Source of the DNA: Chiloscyllium plagiosum
Lineage: Eukaryota
Direction: 5' to 3'
NCBI RefSeq assembly: GCF_004010195.1
Contig: NC_057752.1
Span: 11,976,012 to 12,035,000, forward strand
DNA: 58,989 nt
Shown: positions 23,620 through 35,450 of the stretch, in pieces
Position numbering within the stretch: the first letter of the stretch is position 1
Layout of the letters: each line of letters begins with the position of its first letter
Notes under the pieces: generated by a model
Database searches by the model: none
The model's input: only the letters and a program-made list of their open reading frames with translations
What the model was told of the DNA's origin: nothing
Made by a program: the position numbers and the translations under genes

Positions 23620-26600
23620 ACATAGATAATAATCCCCTATACACTAGCTATCTTCTTTATGCATAGTAATAAGCTTAACAGTATTTTATACAAATAACTT
23701 AATACATAAACTAAGAATTTAGCCACTATTTATATATACTGGCTCACCTTCAAGCCTCTTTGGCAATTAGCAGCATGTGGTAGAGTAAAATTCATAACGT
23801 GTAACAATTTACATCATTCTATCACAACACAGTCTGGGTTCATTCATTTCTTGGCTTCTGCTGCAGGAGCCTAGAGTCCATAGTTAGCTATTCCCATTCA
23901 CCAGACCTATTTCCATAGCCGTCTAAATTCATCACTTTAAAATGTATAGCCAGCTCTCTTTTGAAACCTCCATCACTCCCCCAAGCAGCGCATTCCAAAT
24001 CCTAACAATTCTGAGTAAAAAGGTTTTTCCTCACCTGACTCCTAGCTCTCTTGCTGACAGTCTTGAAATTGTGACCCCTAGTTAGACATGCTAAATTGTC
24101 GAAATAGAATATCCTTCTTTACCCTGTCAAAATTGTTCATAATTTAGAAAACATCATTAAAACTTCACCTCTTAATCTTCTTTGCTCCAAGGAGAATAAC
24201 CCTAATTTCTCTATTGCTTTCCTTGTATATAAAATTCTTCATTCCTGGTATTGTTCTGGTAAATCTCCTTTGAAACTTATCCAGGGCTTTAACATCCTTC
24301 CTTAAATAAGGTGCCCAGAACTGAACACAATACTCCAAATGTGGTCTGACCAATGATTTTTAGAGGTGTAACATCACTTCTGAAGAAAGGTCACTGGACC
24401 TCAAAACATTAATTCCAATTTCTCTCCACAAATGCTGCTTGACCTACTGAGGTTTTCCAGCAATTTCTGGTTTTGTTTTGGATTTCTAGCCTCCTCAGTT
24501 CTTTGGTTTTTCTGCAGCATCACTTCCTTGCTTTTATACTCTATGTCTCTATTTATAAACCCAAGGATCCTATAAGCATTAACAACTGTTTTGACTTGCC
24601 AGCCCACCTTCAGAGAATCATGCATGTGAACCCCTCCTGTACTCCCCTCAAAGTTATATCAATGAGTCTGTATTGTCTCTATGTCTTTCTTCTACCAAAA
24701 TGCATTACCTGACATTTCTCCCAGTAATCCCCAAAAGTTTGTTTGAGTTCATCACTGATATCGACAAAGCTCTCACTTCTCTTCTGGATGTCTGTGCTCA
24801 ATTAGGCCTACCTTGCCTGGTGTGTGTGGCCTCATACAAAAGGTGTTTTGGATGTTACATGTAAAGGTCCCATGCTAGTAGTTGTGCAATGTTCTCCCTT
24901 TCCCTTGTATGCAATCCTGGTGATGTCTATGTTCAGTGTCCGAATCTCTGCAATACAAATTAGAATGCTGTTTGTCCGAAAACCACACAAGGCATGTTTA
25001 TTTGAATATACAGAGTCGGGGGTACACAATTATTTCTTTTGTCTGCTAACATCTATTCAGAGTGGTACATACGAGGCTTCCCTCTTTCTCAACAGCATAC
25101 AGAAGGTCCTGTTTGAATTTGAACCATGCTCACACTCAGGTAATGCTGGCATTTTCCAACTCGAAGACTTGTAACCCATTTTGAGTTTGTGTTATGATCA
25201 GGATCCCCAGGACCAGGGCCACAGTCTTTCCTGGGGTTCCCTTAAAATCATTGTTAAACCAGACCTTAGTCAATTGCTGTAATTGACAATTTGAAGTCTC
25301 TCTTCCTGCAGAGCAAATACTCTATCTGCTCAGGACCTGTTCTTGCTTAGCTTGCTTGAGGTTTGCCCTCAACTGTTTGATCATCCATTGGCCATAGATG
25401 CCGCACAGGGACCTATTCTGCTCCTTACTGTCATCATCTCTTTTTCCTCGGATGATCTTGTTGATGGTCCTGGTGTGCTCTCTAGCACAGTTACTATGTT
25501 GGTTGTCTGTGATTTTCTTTTATTTGCCCTCGGCATCTTGCTGACTGTTCAGATTAATTTTATCCAAGGGCTGTTTAACTTGCTTGCTTAAAATTCTGAA
25601 CTTATTGTCCAAATTAGTCACATCAAGAGTATTGACTGTGGACACTCCTGCTCTGTAAGCTGTTGCCAAATCATTCAAAATCTTATACAAATCCCGCTGG
25701 CCTGGGTCTGGCCTCCCCCCTTGTCAATCTCTGTTTCCATCCTAATAGCCAATGAGTCAAATACAAGTATAATTTCTGAAGTTGGGAAGGGCACCATTCT
25801 GGAAGCTGGGTTCAGGATTTATCTAACCCCGCTGGTACCAATTCACGGTGTACATTGTCGTCCAGGGGTTTTGCCTGTGTGTTTTAAAATCACCCTATTT
25901 TGTGGTGCTCAGGTAGTCCTCGGACAAACACATGCACTTTCTGGCTGCTTTTAGCCCTTTTTAAATTTTGTATCGGACATAGTTCCCCCTTCGACCTTCC
26001 TGGGGCATTGTTGCCCAATTTTACAGCCCTTTCTCTGGACCGGTAGCCAAACATACCATTTCAGTACATCTGTTTGTGGAGAACGCTACCTGTCACCCAT
26101 GGTGTCTATACTCAGGTGGTAATACTTTGACTCTCGTTTGTCTTTCTATACATAACCCGTTGGTTGTTACAGCCAAACATCACGGATTGTTGGGATGGAC
26201 CTACAAAGCACCATCCCCACATTTGCCTGCCTCCAATGGGACAAACCACTGAGAGCCGGGATATGTGTACTCTTGCCCAATTATTGCTTCTGACAATCAC
26301 ATCCTGGTATCCAGCCAATGATTAGACCAACAGACTGTATGTCATCAACCTGAAGAGGGGATCAAAGTGGCATCTATTGTTATGCTAATGTAATATCTGA
26401 CCAAGTTTAGATATCTCCCCACCCTTCTCCATCTGTGGAGATATTTTTCTAACTCTGTTTGGTTCTGGTCTGCATTCAGCTAAACTCCGTCCAAAATTTA
26501 CTTTTATTGAATTCTCTCAATTCCCCTCTTGTCAGTCAATTATGTTTGTGTCAGGCCCTCACTTCAAACTGGCAGGGTGGAAGTGGGTTGGTGCGATGCA

Positions 26601-26800
26601 AGCGTCAGAGGTCCAGATGATTAAAACTTAGATGATGGGATGAAAAATGGTCAAAAGACAAAATAGCCTTTAATTTGAGTAAGATGAAGATGAGACGAGA
26701 AATGGCCAAAGCATGAAGGTGGCTCAAAGATGATAATGATAATGATGGCTAGCTATCATAACATATGGTGCTGTAACCCTGGACAACTAGTCTTGACTGG
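23620..26800 (-). pseudogene. env-like remnant (interrupted by a CR1 at 23880-24715)
   Basis: From 25696: RDLYKILNDLATAYRAGVSTVNTLDVTNLDNKFRILSKQVKQPLD (basic site, fusion-peptide/heptad-like), then LCGIYGQWMIKQLRANLKQ. A hydrophobic IVAKFLVYVLSYLYKILLSLLLCIKK segment lies near 23700. Confidence 0.5.
23880..24715 (-). mobile_element. CR1 3' fragment containing a PLE family-B mini-insertion (24380-24512)
   Basis: RPHLEYCVQFWAP. The insertion starts at CTGAAGA and is flanked by TG(T/C)A(A/G)CATCACTTC at 24367-24380 and 24513-24526. Confidence 0.85.
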
Positions 26801-26879
26801 AAAATTTGGGTTTTTGACAATATTCCTCTATGACCATAATGGATTAGCTTGGCATCAGGGTTGCGGTGTAATAAGGGTA

Positions 26880-27100
26880 GGTGGATGTGTGTCTGCATTT
26901 CTGTGGGTGGGTGTATGTGCATGTGGGCGGATGTAATGGTGAGTGGGTGTGTGAGAGTGGTTGGGTCTGTGTCTGTATTTGTGGGACTGGGTAGATGTGT
27001 GTGCATGTGTGTGGGTGGGTATGTCAGCAGCTGTGTGAATAAGTGTGTGATTGGTATGTATGTTGGTGTGTGGGTATGTGAGTAGGTGGGTTTGTGTGTG
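26880..27100. repeat. Degenerate (GT)n/GTGG low-complexity tract
   Basis: TG-rich sequence; the overlapping Thr/His-rich ORFs are artefacts. Confidence 0.85.
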
Positions 27101-27629
27101 GGCAAGAATCAAGCCTCCTGCCTGGGTGGCAGGGCTCTAGATACCAGGGACTTGCTCCTCCAACAAGCCTTGGTTGGAATATTGGAATGACTGTGTTAGT
27201 AAAGGGGCTGTATCTGTCTCTGGGCCAGAGCGCCACACTGGACGCTTTCTTGGGCAGACTGTCTCTAACCATCCCTTTCACTTCAGGGCTGCTGCATGCT
27301 GAGGTCATGCCTTTGTTGGCTGGAAGTGGTGGGGCTAGCTGTGGTTCAGTTCCTGAGTGGCGAGGCCTCAGAAGTGACAGTGTCCATAGCTAGTCCAGGA
27401 TCCTGGCCTGGATCCGTAAGGCTTGTCCTTGATCAGGACTTGGATTAGGATCCACTTGCCCCAGTTCCAATAGAAGTCCACGAACGTGCTATACATTTAC
27501 AAGAGAGAGGCAACACACGTATGGCCACCCTCCTGTCCTGAATCGAGTGGCACTATGCACCGACTGGAGTTGGTTATCCAAGGCCAATCAGTGATCTGTG
27601 GCACTAGGATATTGTTAAATTTAAGTAGT

Positions 27630-27806
27630 ATTCTGACTTAGAGGCATTCAGTCATAATCCCACAAATGGTAGCTTCGCACTATTGGCTCCTCAGCCAAGC
27701 ACATATACCAAATGTTTGAACCTGCAGTTCCTGTCATACTGAGCAGGATTACTATTGCAACAACGTATCATCAGGGTAAAACTAACCTGTCTCATGATGG
27801 TTTAAC
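27630..27806 (-). pseudogene. 28S rRNA fragment (3' domain including the sarcin-ricin loop), non-functional
   Basis: The reverse strand contains GAGACAGGTTAGTTTTACCCT, AGTATGACAGGAAC (canonical AGTACGAGAGGAAC) and GGGATTATGACTGAATGCCTCTAAGTCAGAAT, with several CpG-type transitions. Confidence 0.92.
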
Positions 27807-27809
27807 TTT

Positions 27810-28548
27810 GTAATTCTTTCTCATTCTTGGTATATCTATTCTCCAGCTTGTTCTTCCATTTCCTCCCAGTCTATCTTTTTATCACCATCCCCATCTGATT
27901 CTGTTGTCCCAAATGCGCACATCATTCCCATTTGCATGGAAGGTTGCCACTTTTTCAATCTCGTGCTGGAGTGTTCAAAGCACGGGCTCTATTTTCTTTG
28001 CCTGCTCTGTAGGTTTCTGCATTTCTCAGTGAGCTCATCCATAGCTTTTTTGGGCTGTACCCTGATCACTGACCGTGTGTTGCGCCTTCTGGTGTACTCC
28101 ATCACACTGGGTCTGAAACTGTTCCAAGTGTACTGCCCACCTGGTTCTTCTGCTCTGCTGCTTTGACTCTTAATTTCTCCACTTTCTGCTATATTTCTTC
28201 CACTCCCTGACTTAGCTTCACCACCTCCCGTTCTCTGTCTCTCAGCTGCTCCACACAGCTGGTTATTACTATCCTGATGAAGCGCTTTTGCCCGAAACAT
28301 CAATTTTCCTGCTCCTCGGATGCTGCCTGACTTGCTGTGCTTTTCTAGCACCACACTCTCGACCTTTATCACGATAGTTTGTTAAGTTTTAAAGCACTCT
28401 TACTTTCAGCTTTCCATGCCACCTTCCTGCATTTCTGTCCCACAGGTCCCAGACCTAATATTTGCTCACTGCAATGGTTGACTCACTTGGGCCACTTCTT
28501 ATTTAGGTATTTCCTTAGTATCTCTTCCCACTCTGGGCACTGTGCCAT
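27810..28548 (-). pseudogene. gag-like N-terminal remnant, interrupted by a PLE mini-insertion (28273-28365)
   Basis: MAQCPEWEEILRKYLNKKWPK*, then ITSCVEQLRDRER and coiled-coil-like segments. It lies downstream of the LTR-like repeat. The assignment is by resemblance only. Confidence 0.45.
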
Positions 28549-29478
28549 TCCTCGTATTAGTTCCTTTTAATTTACTGCTCTCTTTGTTGTGGGTCCCTTA
28601 ACTTATATTTGCTACTTTTTTTCACTTCTCTGTGACTCTGAGTTCCTGACATTTTCACTATTTCTTACCTAGTGGGTCTCTGACCCTACTTTAGCTTCTC
28701 TGTATCCGCGTAGGTCCTCTGACTCTGTATTCAGCTTCCTTGACGCAGATTTCCTTGAGTCCCCAACCCTATAATAGTCTATGGCTGTTTGTCGTCCTCA
28801 CATTACAAGCATTTGGTTTACGGCCCAATCACTGGTTGGAAGCCTCCATCCTCTTTTACCCACTTGAATCCTGTCACATGGGGTAGCTGCCCTTTTAAAT
28901 CAGGCTCAGGCTGGAGGTCGGAGAGTTCAAGGTTAGTGGGGTTTGACATTGGAAGTTATACAAATAATTCTAATTGAAGAGCACACAGGAACATGTTGTC
29001 TGTGCTTTGGACATATCGACCAGTTTATGTCAAAACATATTATCCAAGTGCTCATCAGTGAAACAGATAAAGGGATACAGAATTCGATTTGTGGTTCAAC
29101 TCAATTTTAATAATGAAATATTCTTTATTGAAAACACCATGTGTGCATTTCCCAAATTCTCACAATATTTACTCTGTATCTAGCTCTATCTGTCTGAGAA
29201 ATCATGTTACCTGCAACAATCTACATATTTGAGCTGGGCCATTGGAACCTCCTCCCTCTCTGACATACAGCTGGCTGTCTTTCATAAAGTGGGTCAGGAC
29301 AGATCTTGTCTCTCTCGCTGGTCAGAACTCCGCTGCTGGACCAGGTTCCTCCTCCTTAGCCTGCACCTTCCAGAATGTTCTGCGGCCGTTGGCCAATGGG
29401 ATCATGAGCTAGGTTCAAAGTATCCAATGGGGTCACGCCAATACTCCACTGTGGCCATGAAGAGGTGTAAAGTGCATA

Positions 29479-29651
29479 GCAGAAAGTGAGGACTGCAGAT
29501 GCTGGAGACCAGAGCTGAAAATGTGTTGCTGGAAAAGCACAGCAGGTCAGGCAGCATCCAAGGAGCAGGAGAATTGACATTTCGGGCATAAGCTGAAGAA
29601 GGGCTTATGCCCGAAACGTCGATTCTTCGGTACCTTGGATGCTGCCTGACC
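29479..29651. mobile_element. PLE family A fold-back mini-element
   Basis: Perfect 13-bp TSD TGTAAAGTGCATA (29466-29478, 29652-29664); intact hammerhead core at 29593-29620 (+). Confidence 0.88.
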
Positions 29652-29919
29652 TGTAAAGTGCATACTCAAGTAGTCAAAATGCCAGAACGTCTGATCAACA
29701 CTTCTCCAATACACAACCCTCGGGCTGGTTGGAACTGGTTCCCCCAAACCTTTCTGACCTCTTTGACCTTGATTTCCGCTGTTCTCTGTAGTCAATAGCT
29801 GCTGACTACTGTTTAATTCAATTTGGCCAATTTTCTGTCAGGCCTGAGTTCTCCAGCTGTGTGTCAATTTAGAATCTCCAATTTTAGATCGGTAGTCATC
29901 TGACTAGTGACCTTCCAGA

Positions 29920-30170
29920 TATAGCAGGAGCTTGTGAATTGTCAAAAGTTGCTTGTGTCACCTGCTGCAACCCAGAAGAGTCTTAGGCTGCAAACAAAGG
30001 TCCACACAGAACTGCTGACAGTCTCAGCAAGTCCCATTACTACCCTTACTAACAGGAGATGACAAAGCACTGTGACAGACTCCTTGAAGAAATGATACTG
30101 CTCCTCACTGAGGTCCAAGAAGGAAGTAATGCTTGAACAGCCTGTTCTCTTGCATAATGCTTCCCTCATC
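29920..30170 (-). mobile_element. PIF/Harbinger transposase remnant
   Basis: SFLDLSEEQ...FKESVTVLCHLL...VAAGDTSNF resembles the HARBI1-like N-terminal region. Confidence 0.6.
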
Positions 30171-30177
30171 CACTAAT

Positions 30178-31430
30178 TCATAGAGTCATAGAGGTGTACA
30201 GCATGGAAACAGACCCTTCGGTCCAACCCGTCCATGCCGACCAGATATCCCAACCCAATTTAGTCCCACCTGCCAGCACCCGGCCCATATCCTTCCAAAC
30301 CTCATATACCCATCCAAATGCCTCTTAAATGTTGCAAATGTACCAGCCTCCACCACATCCTCAGGCAGCTCTTTCCGATAGGAAGACCAGAATTGCACGC
30401 AATATTCCAACAGTGGCCTAACCAATGTCCTGTACAGCTGCAACATGACCTCCCAACTCCTGTACTCAATACTCTGACCAATAAAGGAAAGCATACCAAA
30501 TGCCGCCTTCACAATCCTATCTACCTGCGACTCCACTTTCAAGGAGCTATGAACCTGCACTCCAAGGTCTCTTTGTTCAGCAACACTCCCTAGGACCTTC
30601 CCATTAAGTGTATAAGTCNNNNNNNNNNNNNNNNNNNNNNNNNNNNNNNNNNNNNNNNNNNNNNNNNNNNNNNNNNNNNNNNNNNNNNNNNNNNNNNNNN
30701 NNNNNNNNNNNNNNNNNNNNNNNNNNNNNNNNNNNNNNNNNNNNNNNNNNNNNNNNNNNNNNNNNNNNNNNNNNNNNNNNNNNNNNNNNNNNNNNNNNNN
30801 NNNNNNNNNNNNNNNNNNNNNNNNNNNNNNNNNNNNNNNNNNNNNNNNNNNNNNNNNNNNNNNNNNNNNNNNNNNNNNNNNNNNNNNNNNNNNNNNNNNN
30901 NNNNNNNNNNNNNNNNNNNNNNNNNNNNNNNNNNNNNNNNNNNNNNNNNNNNNNNNNNNNNNNNNNNNNNNNNNNNNNNNNNNNNNNNNNNNNNNNNNNN
31001 NNNNNNNNNNNNNNNNNNNNNNNNNNNNNNNNNNNNNNNNNNNNNNNNNNNNNNNNNNNNNNNNNNNNNNNNNNNNNNNNNNNNNNNNNNNNNNNNNNNN
31101 NNNNNNNNNNNNNNNNNNNNNNNNNNNNNNNNNNNNNNNNNNNNNNNNNNNNNNNNNNNNNNNNNNNNNNNNNNNNNNNNNNNNNNNNNNNNNNNNCTCC
31201 TCTGTAATCTGGACATTTTGCAAGATGTCACCATCTATTTCCCTACAGTCTATATCTTCCATATCCTTTTCCACAGTAAATACTGATGCAAAATATTCAT
31301 TTAGTATCTCCCCCATTTTCTGTGACTCCACACAAAGGCCGCCTTGCTGATCTTTGAGGGGCCCTATTCTCTCCTTCGTTACCCTTTTGTCCTTAATATA
31401 TTTGTAAAAACCCTTTGGATTCTCCTTAAT
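30178..31430 (-). mobile_element. Young CR1 spanning an assembly gap (N 30619-31196)
   Basis: IKENPKGFYKYIKDKR and RPLLEYCVQFW lie on either side of the gap. Confidence 0.9.
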
Positions 31431-31667
31431 TCTAAATTCCTTCCCTCTTTTACTCTGCCTCCTTCTACATGCTGGTCCCCATCCCCTCCTCCTGGTTACT
31501 GTCCCTTCTCTCTCCCCATGTTTCCTGGAGCAGGGATTCACTGGTTGCATTGTTGGCCTCCATTCCTAAGGAGCTGGGATGCACTGCTGGTGTCAGTATT
31601 CTAGAGCTGGGGTGTGCTTGTGTCATTGCTGCTCCCATTTTCTTGGAGATGCGATACGCCGGTTTTC

Positions 31668-31976
31668 GATTACATTAGATTAGATTACAGTGTGGAAACA
31701 GGCCCTTCGGCCCAACAAGTCCACACCGACCCGCCGAAGTGCAACCCACCCATACCCCTACATTTACCCCTTATCTAACACTACGGGACAATTTAGCATG
31801 GCCAATTCACCTGACCCTGCACATCTTTGGACTGTGGGAGGAAACCGGAGCACCCGGAGGAAACCCACGCAGACACGGGGAGAACGTGCAAACTCCACAC
31901 AGCCAGTCGCCTGAGGCGGGAATTGAACCCGGGTCTCTGGCGCTGTGAGGCAGCAGTGCTAACCACCGTGCCGCCC
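31668..31976 (-). mobile_element. HE1-type SINE, full length, young
   Basis: GGGCGGCACGGTGGTTAGCACTGC head, GGGTTCAATTCC B box, CpGs retained, (AATCT)n tail. Confidence 0.93.
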
Positions 31977-32554
31977 ATTTCTGGAGCTGAGATGGGCAAG
32001 TTGCACTGCTGCTCTGCAAGAGACCATTTATTTCCTTTTTGCATTGTAAACCAGAATGGAAGTCAGACCACAGTGCACCTGAAATACGAGAGAGGTTTGC
32101 AACTTGGAAAACCAAATGGTGCATATTTTTAGCTGTGGAAGACAAAGTTGCTCTTGGAGCAATGAAACTGATATATTGTGTCAAATCAGGAGTTTTTGAG
32201 TTAAGGGAAGGCTGCCTGATGACAGCCCCGTGTTTGGTTGAGCTGCAGTTTTGTTTTTACCAGATCGATGCACCGAGATCTCCAGCGCCTGCGAATAGAA
32301 TGTATCTCTCCCCATTTCTCCCAATGTGAGCGAAAAGGCAGGAAAAACCATGGAAGATCAAAAACAGTTCTAACAACCCAAGACCTAGGTCCATCTGATC
32401 AGGGTGTCATCACTGCTGAAATCAAAAGGAACTGAGACAATTTAACCTATCTTTGAAATCTGGACTTTTGATCTTTAGCATTTTGTTCCCGGTTTATATT
32501 TTACCAACCATATTTATGTAAAGCAGTGTCTCTCGTCTGTTTTATTTGTGAAAG

Positions 32555-32740
32555 GTAAAGTCATCATACTCCTACCAGACCATAGGGCTGCTCGCTCACT
32601 GCAGAGACACATGACCGGTATTGGTTTAACCTGAGGGTCACTTTGCCTCAGGTGAGGGGAGAGGCTGAGATGATGGTAACCTCAGCTGGTGTGGGAAATG
32701 AACCTGTGCTGTTGGCACCTCTCTGCATCGCAAACCCAGT
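32555..32740 (-). mobile_element. Second tRNA-derived SINE family (same as 56575-56806)
   Basis: Shares the GCAGCCCTATGG(T/A)CTGGTA tail and CAGCTGAGG/CTCAGGTTAAA core with 56575-56806. Confidence 0.7.
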
Positions 32741-33169
32741 GAAGTGAGAGTGTGCTTGTTTTTGTAGTTTGAAGAGGCACAGTTGAAATTGTAAGCTAGT
32801 AGATTAGTAATACAAAACTGCACAGCCATTCTGAAGTTCTGCACATACTGACTGGTGTGCCAAAGCATTGACTTGCAGTTTTGGAAGTCACTGTCATGCA
32901 CTAAAAAGAAAATTAGAGGAAGTATTAGCAGTCAGTCAAGTAAATTGATCATCTTGGTGGTTTAATTGGGATTTTATACATTTTGTGATGACTAGTGGTA
33001 CAGTGGGGTTCAATTACCAGCATACTTTTCATTTATAAAATCACAACACCTTCCAGCATCCTACAGCTATGAGGTGCTGGTTGGATTGCTGCTGACAGTC
33101 TCCCAGAGCTGGGGTGTGCTAGTTGCATTGCCGTTCTCCCTCCCTCACTCCAGATAACTCAGCACAGAC

Positions 33170-33420
33170 CAAAGAGTGCACCTCGGACCTCACTTTGGGT
33201 TCAGATGTAATTTCAAGGTCTCACCCAAGAGATTTGAGCACCTAATTTGGTCTGGTACTTATAGCAGCATTGAGGAAGTGCGGCAGTGGCAGAGATGCTA
33301 CCTCACAGATACTACACCTTCCCTCTCAGACAGTGTAAAAACCATTCTGTGCCATGCTGTGAAGAGGTACAGTAAGTTATCCCTGGTGAGTTGGTTATGA
33401 TTTTTCCCTCAACCATTTTA
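33170..33420 (+). mobile_element. Degenerate Deu-domain SINE (SacSINE1/AmnSINE-like)
   Basis: TTGAGCAC...TGAGGAAGTGC...CCCTCTCAG...GTAAAA...GAAGAG...CCCTCAACCA spacing matches the Deu core as recalled. Confidence 0.55.
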
Positions 33421-33429
33421 AATCCTATT

Positions 33430-33780
33430 TTAAAAATCTTGAGAAACTCAGCAGGTCTGGCTGCATCTGTGGAAAGAAAACAGTGTTAGCGCCGAGTCCA
33501 GTGAGCCTTCTTCAGGGCTGATAGTAGCAAGGAAAAGATGGCATGTATGCTGATGACAGGTGATGAGGGGGAAAAAGGAGTAAGCAGACAGGTGTAGATG
33601 CGAGCCCAGAGGGAGACAAAGAATGTTAGACAGACAACGGCATAGACAATAGTAAGGAAAGGAGAAAAGCTGATAATCAGAAGTGCAGGAAATGGGTCGG
33701 ACACTCCTAAGGACCGTTTCAACAACAGTGGCAGGGAATCTTCAGTTGAAGTAAAAGGTGGACATTTCTGAGGTTTCCTG
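33430..33780 (-). mobile_element. PLE family B terminal fragment
   Basis: GAAACTCAGCAGGTCTGG...GAGTCCAGTGAGCCTTCTTCAG (degenerate hammerhead on the minus strand). Confidence 0.7.
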
Positions 33781-34319
33781 TGGAAGAATAAATTGTTTAG
33801 GAAGCCAGTATGAAGCTTAATGATTAAAATTTAGTAAAATGAAGGATAAAGTGGCTTAAGGATTAACATTTATTATTATTAACAACATAGGTGTTTTAGT
33901 TAAAAGCAGTAACCAGTACAAAAACAAACAACTTTTTGGTCATAATCCATGAATCTTAGCAAGTACTGGCCTTTTGGCCAGAATTCCTGGGAAAGAACAG
34001 ACAGCCTCCGTGACCTGAACTAGCTGTGAACAGTACGAGCTATAAAACTGCAGTTTTCATTCATTCCCTACCAGTTTGGCTCATTATCGTAACTCGGTTT
34101 GCTACTAAAATGAAGAAGTCACGTAAAGACTATCCATGATTACGTTATAAAAATACTATTTTGAATAACTTGGAGATGCTACGTATATATGTACAGAATC
34201 TCTACCCTTGCATGCAAGAATAAAAACAAAAGACTGGCTTTAGACAAAGATATCATTTGTTGGAGTCTTGTTTCAGGTCAGTAAAACTTCGACACCCCCT
34301 GGCATCATCATAAAAGATT

Positions 34320-35390
34320 GACAAGCAGAGAATGGACTGGAGTTCTTACAGGAAGCAGGGTGTGAGGACGTATAGTCCAGGTAACTGTGGGAATCAGCGA
34401 GTTTGTAATAGATATCAATGGCTAGCATATTTCCCAGAAATGGAAACAGATGTCGAGGAAGGGAGGAGTCAGAGATGGACCGGGTTAAGATGAAAGCTGG
34501 GTGGAAACTGGAAGCAAAATTGATAATTTTTTCCAGTTCAAAGATATAAAAGAGACCTACAGGGCAACTTTTTCCACACAGAGGGTGGTACATGTATGGA
34601 ATGAGCTGCCAGGGGAAGTGGTGGAGGCTGGTACAATTACAACATTTAAGAGGCATTTGGATAGGTATATTAATAGGAGGGGTTTGGAGGGATATGGGCC
34701 AGGTGCTGGCTGGTGGAACAGATTGTGTTGGGATATCTGGTCGGTGTGGACGGGTTGGACCAAAGGGTCTGTTTCCATGCTGTACATCTCTATGACTCTG
34801 AGATGAGGGGGGAATCCTCACTGCTGAGGTCATCAACATACTGGAGAAAAGAGCTGTGGGTGGGGTCAGAGTAGGACTGGAACAGGAATGTTCCACATAT
34901 CCCACAAAGAGACAGGCATAACTGGGGCACATGCGAGTAGCCACGGCCAACCCTTTAACCTGAAGAAAGTGAGAGGAATTAAAGAAGTTGTTCAAACTGG
35001 GGACAAACGTGACGAGGCGGAGGAGGGTGGGGACAGTTCAAGCCTTCTTTCCAGGAAGAAACAGACAGCTCTAAGACCATTTTGATGGGGGATGGATATG
35101 TCGAGGGTTTGTAAATCCATGGTAAAGAGGAGATGGCTAGAGCCTGCAAATTGGAAATTTTGAAACTGAGTGTCAGAAGGGACTAGACAAAGGTAGGAAG
35201 AAATAAAGTTCCTTGGGGTAGGAACAGGCAGAAACAATAGACTGCCCAGGCAGACCTATCTCAAAGTCTACAAACAGAAAGGAGAGTGGGTTGTAAGGGG
35301 TTGGTGAACTATGAGCTTGGGGGCTGGTTGGTGGAGGATTGAGATTCCCCAGGTCAGTGTACGGTTGTTTGATGATGGCCCTGTAACATG
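34320..35390 (-). mobile_element. PLE reverse-transcriptase remnant, interrupted by a CR1 3' end (+, ~34540-34800)
   Basis: FLQVKGLAVATRMCPSYACLFVGYVE and DIYYKLADSHSYLDYTSSHP are PLE RT motifs. Confidence 0.85.
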
Positions 35391-35444
35391 CCTTGGGGTA
35401 TCTTACTACAGTAAAGCTGACAGTCAATGCTTTTAAAATCACAT

Positions 35445-35450
35445 TTTATT
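35445..35450 (-). terminator. Probable SPRYD4 polyadenylation signal
   Basis: AATAAA on the minus strand ~530 nt after the stop codon, at the end of the unique sequence. Confidence 0.6.

Larger units (their letters stand above)
23110..29908 (-). mobile_element. Decayed endogenous retrovirus-like element (LTR-like repeat, gag, env, PPT, LTR-like repeat; no pol seen)
   Basis: ~380-bp diverged direct repeats at 23110-23489 and 29345-29908 end at the same point. A purine-rich tract AAGGGATCAACAGGAGAA immediately precedes TGTGG at 23489. gag- and env-like remnants are co-oriented between the repeats. Confidence 0.6.

Noticed and set aside
27590..27620. LTR end plus PBS (minus TTTAACA...TAGTGCCACAG)
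   Set aside because: Match to any tRNA 3' end is too weak.
27630..27806. Functional rDNA unit
   Set aside because: Short isolated fragment with a mutated sarcin-ricin loop and CpG decay.
30186..31550. 454-aa ORF
   Set aside because: CR1 fragments bridged by an assembly gap.
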